A program made the translations under genes and the position numbers. From Octopus sinensis (taxonomy: Eukaryota), in assembly GCF_006345805.1 (NCBI RefSeq), contig NC_043022.1, positions 12,834,001 to 12,898,000 of the forward strand: a stretch of 64,000 nucleotides of DNA. The letters run 5' to 3'. Under the pieces are notes generated by a model. The model was not told the DNA's origin, made no database searches, and worked only from the letters and a program-made list of their open reading frames with translations. Shown piece after piece: positions 62,630-64,000 of the stretch (within the stretch, counting starts at the first letter, position 1; the number at the start of each line of letters is the position of its first letter).

Positions 62630-62632
<3 letters not shown>
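62381..62632 (-). mobile_element. Penelope-like/retrozyme-like element of about 250 bp between two (TA)n runs
   Basis: Contains an intact hammerhead; motif order parallels 11280-11416. Confidence 0.65.
62533..62616 (-). ncRNA. Type I hammerhead ribozyme with an intact catalytic core
   Basis: TCGG-CTGACGA-GTATGAG...CTCGTAC-GAAAC-AATT-GTA-CCGA; all core positions and helices I-III are consistent. Confidence 0.8.
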
Positions 62633-62659
<27 letters not shown>

Positions 62660-62669
<10 letters not shown>

Positions 62670-63044
62670 CTGAAGTTGTCTGTGTATGGCAGGTTTGGTA
62701 GTCTTCAACTAACACTATCTCCTCCGAGACCCTGCGGCATAAGTTGACCAAACTTGAGAGTATGATAGAAGAAGGATTGCTCTTCCTTCCGTAGAAGAAA
62801 AAATTCAAATTGGACCATGTTAACACCCAAAATTATTTACATCAAAAAGGTGCTTTTTTTCTATGAAAATCCCTATTTTTTAACGATTTTTTTACTGCTG
62901 TGTCGCCATTTTTCAGTGTATTTCAACCAGAAAAATGTTCACTTAAAGAGAATAACAAGCTACATAATGCAAAATTTTTACTTTTCAAAAATTCCAATTC
63001 TAAAGGGTCAAAACAAACCCGAGCATCGCCATGCGATACTGCTA

Positions 63045-63045
<1 letters not shown>
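62660..63045 (+). mobile_element. Non-autonomous Helitron-like element
   Basis: 5' ATATATAAAGCTGAAGTTGTCTGTGT; 3' CCCGAGCATCGCCATGCGATACTGCTAG|T. Confidence 0.6.
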
Positions 63046-63109
<64 letters not shown>

Positions 63110-63404
63110 CATATTGGTGTATAGGGTAACAGATGGATATGTTAGTGTACAGGACACAGATGAGACAGATGGATATGCTGGTGTACAGGATGACAGTTGG
63201 CTGGCTGGATGTGTTGGGGACAGAACAACAGATGGACATGGTGTATAGTCCAACAGCTGGACATGTTGGTGTACTAAGTAACATGTCCAGCTGTTGTACT
63301 GTTATTGACCAAATACTTTATACTGAATGACTCAGAACCCCACCCCACCCCACCCGCAGTTAATCTATTTATCTACAAGAAGTGTGTGTGTGTAAATAAT
63401 CTGC

Positions 63405-63760
63405 ATCATTATCATCATTTAATGTCTGTTGTCCATACTGGCATGGGTTGGATGGTTTGACTGGGCTGGCACACTGGAAGGCTGCACCAGGATCCAGTCT
63501 GATTCGACATGGTTTTCTAAGGCTGGATGCCCTTCCTAATACCAACCACTCTGAGAGAGTAATGGGTGCTTTTACATGTCACCAGCACGGGTGCCATTTG
63601 TATGACACCAAGGTGTGTTTACATACCACTGGTACAGGTGCCAATTTGCATAACACCGGTATGTGCCATGACTGCAATTTTGCTCAGCTTGATGGATCTT
63701 CTTCCTGGGCATGACATAATGCCAAAGGTCTTAGTTGTTGCCTCCATGAGGCTCAATGCA
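63405..63760 (-). mobile_element. SINE family C
   Basis: Diagnostic body. Confidence 0.8.
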
Positions 63761-63780
63761 TGAAAGGAACCCATAAATAA

Positions 63781-63827
<47 letters not shown>

Positions 63828-63834
63828 TATATAT

Positions 63835-64000
63835 AGGCACCTGTGCCGGTGGCACGTAAAAAGCACCCACTACACTCGCAGAGTGGTTGGCATTAGGAAG
63901 GGCATCCTGCTGTAGAAACACAGCCAGATCAGACTGGAGCCTGGTGCAGCCTCCTGGCTTCCCAGACCCCGGCTGAACCGTCCAACCCGTGCTAGCACGG
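63835..64000 (+). mobile_element. SINE family C (runs off the window end)
   Basis: GGCACCTGTGCCGGTGGCACGTAAAAAGCACC...AGGAAGGGCATCC. Confidence 0.85.

Overview
AT-rich, repeat-saturated eukaryotic DNA, most likely an octopus (coleoid cephalopod) genome. That assignment is inferred from its tRNA-derived SINE families and dense (TA)n/(CA)n/(GA)n/(GAT)n microsatellites. I recognise no intact host protein-coding gene. Almost all of the supplied ORFs are translations of microsatellites or repeats. The only protein-like sequences I recognise are decayed transposon pieces: a mariner transposase, RTE LINE ends and CR1-type LINE ends. A CpG-retaining block at about 12-24 kb contains several candidate 5' exons on the + strand, which suggests a promoter region followed by a very long intron, and a few candidate microexons lie further downstream. 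The most interesting signal is a set of minimal type I hammerhead ribozyme motifs inside short Penelope-like/retrozyme-like elements, most of which sit in (TA)n runs. One has a fully intact core (62533-62616, minus strand), others have small defects (32942, 53103, 5501), and one is split across inverted halves (11386/11591). Other notable structures are a composite piggyBac-like MITE carrying 23 bp of captured DNA, a chimeric MITE, an RTE insertion with an internal 260-bp duplication, a SINE dimer, perfect fold-back hairpins and three minisatellite arrays. No CRISPR, rRNA or true tRNA genes were seen. All calls were made by eye, with no database searches.
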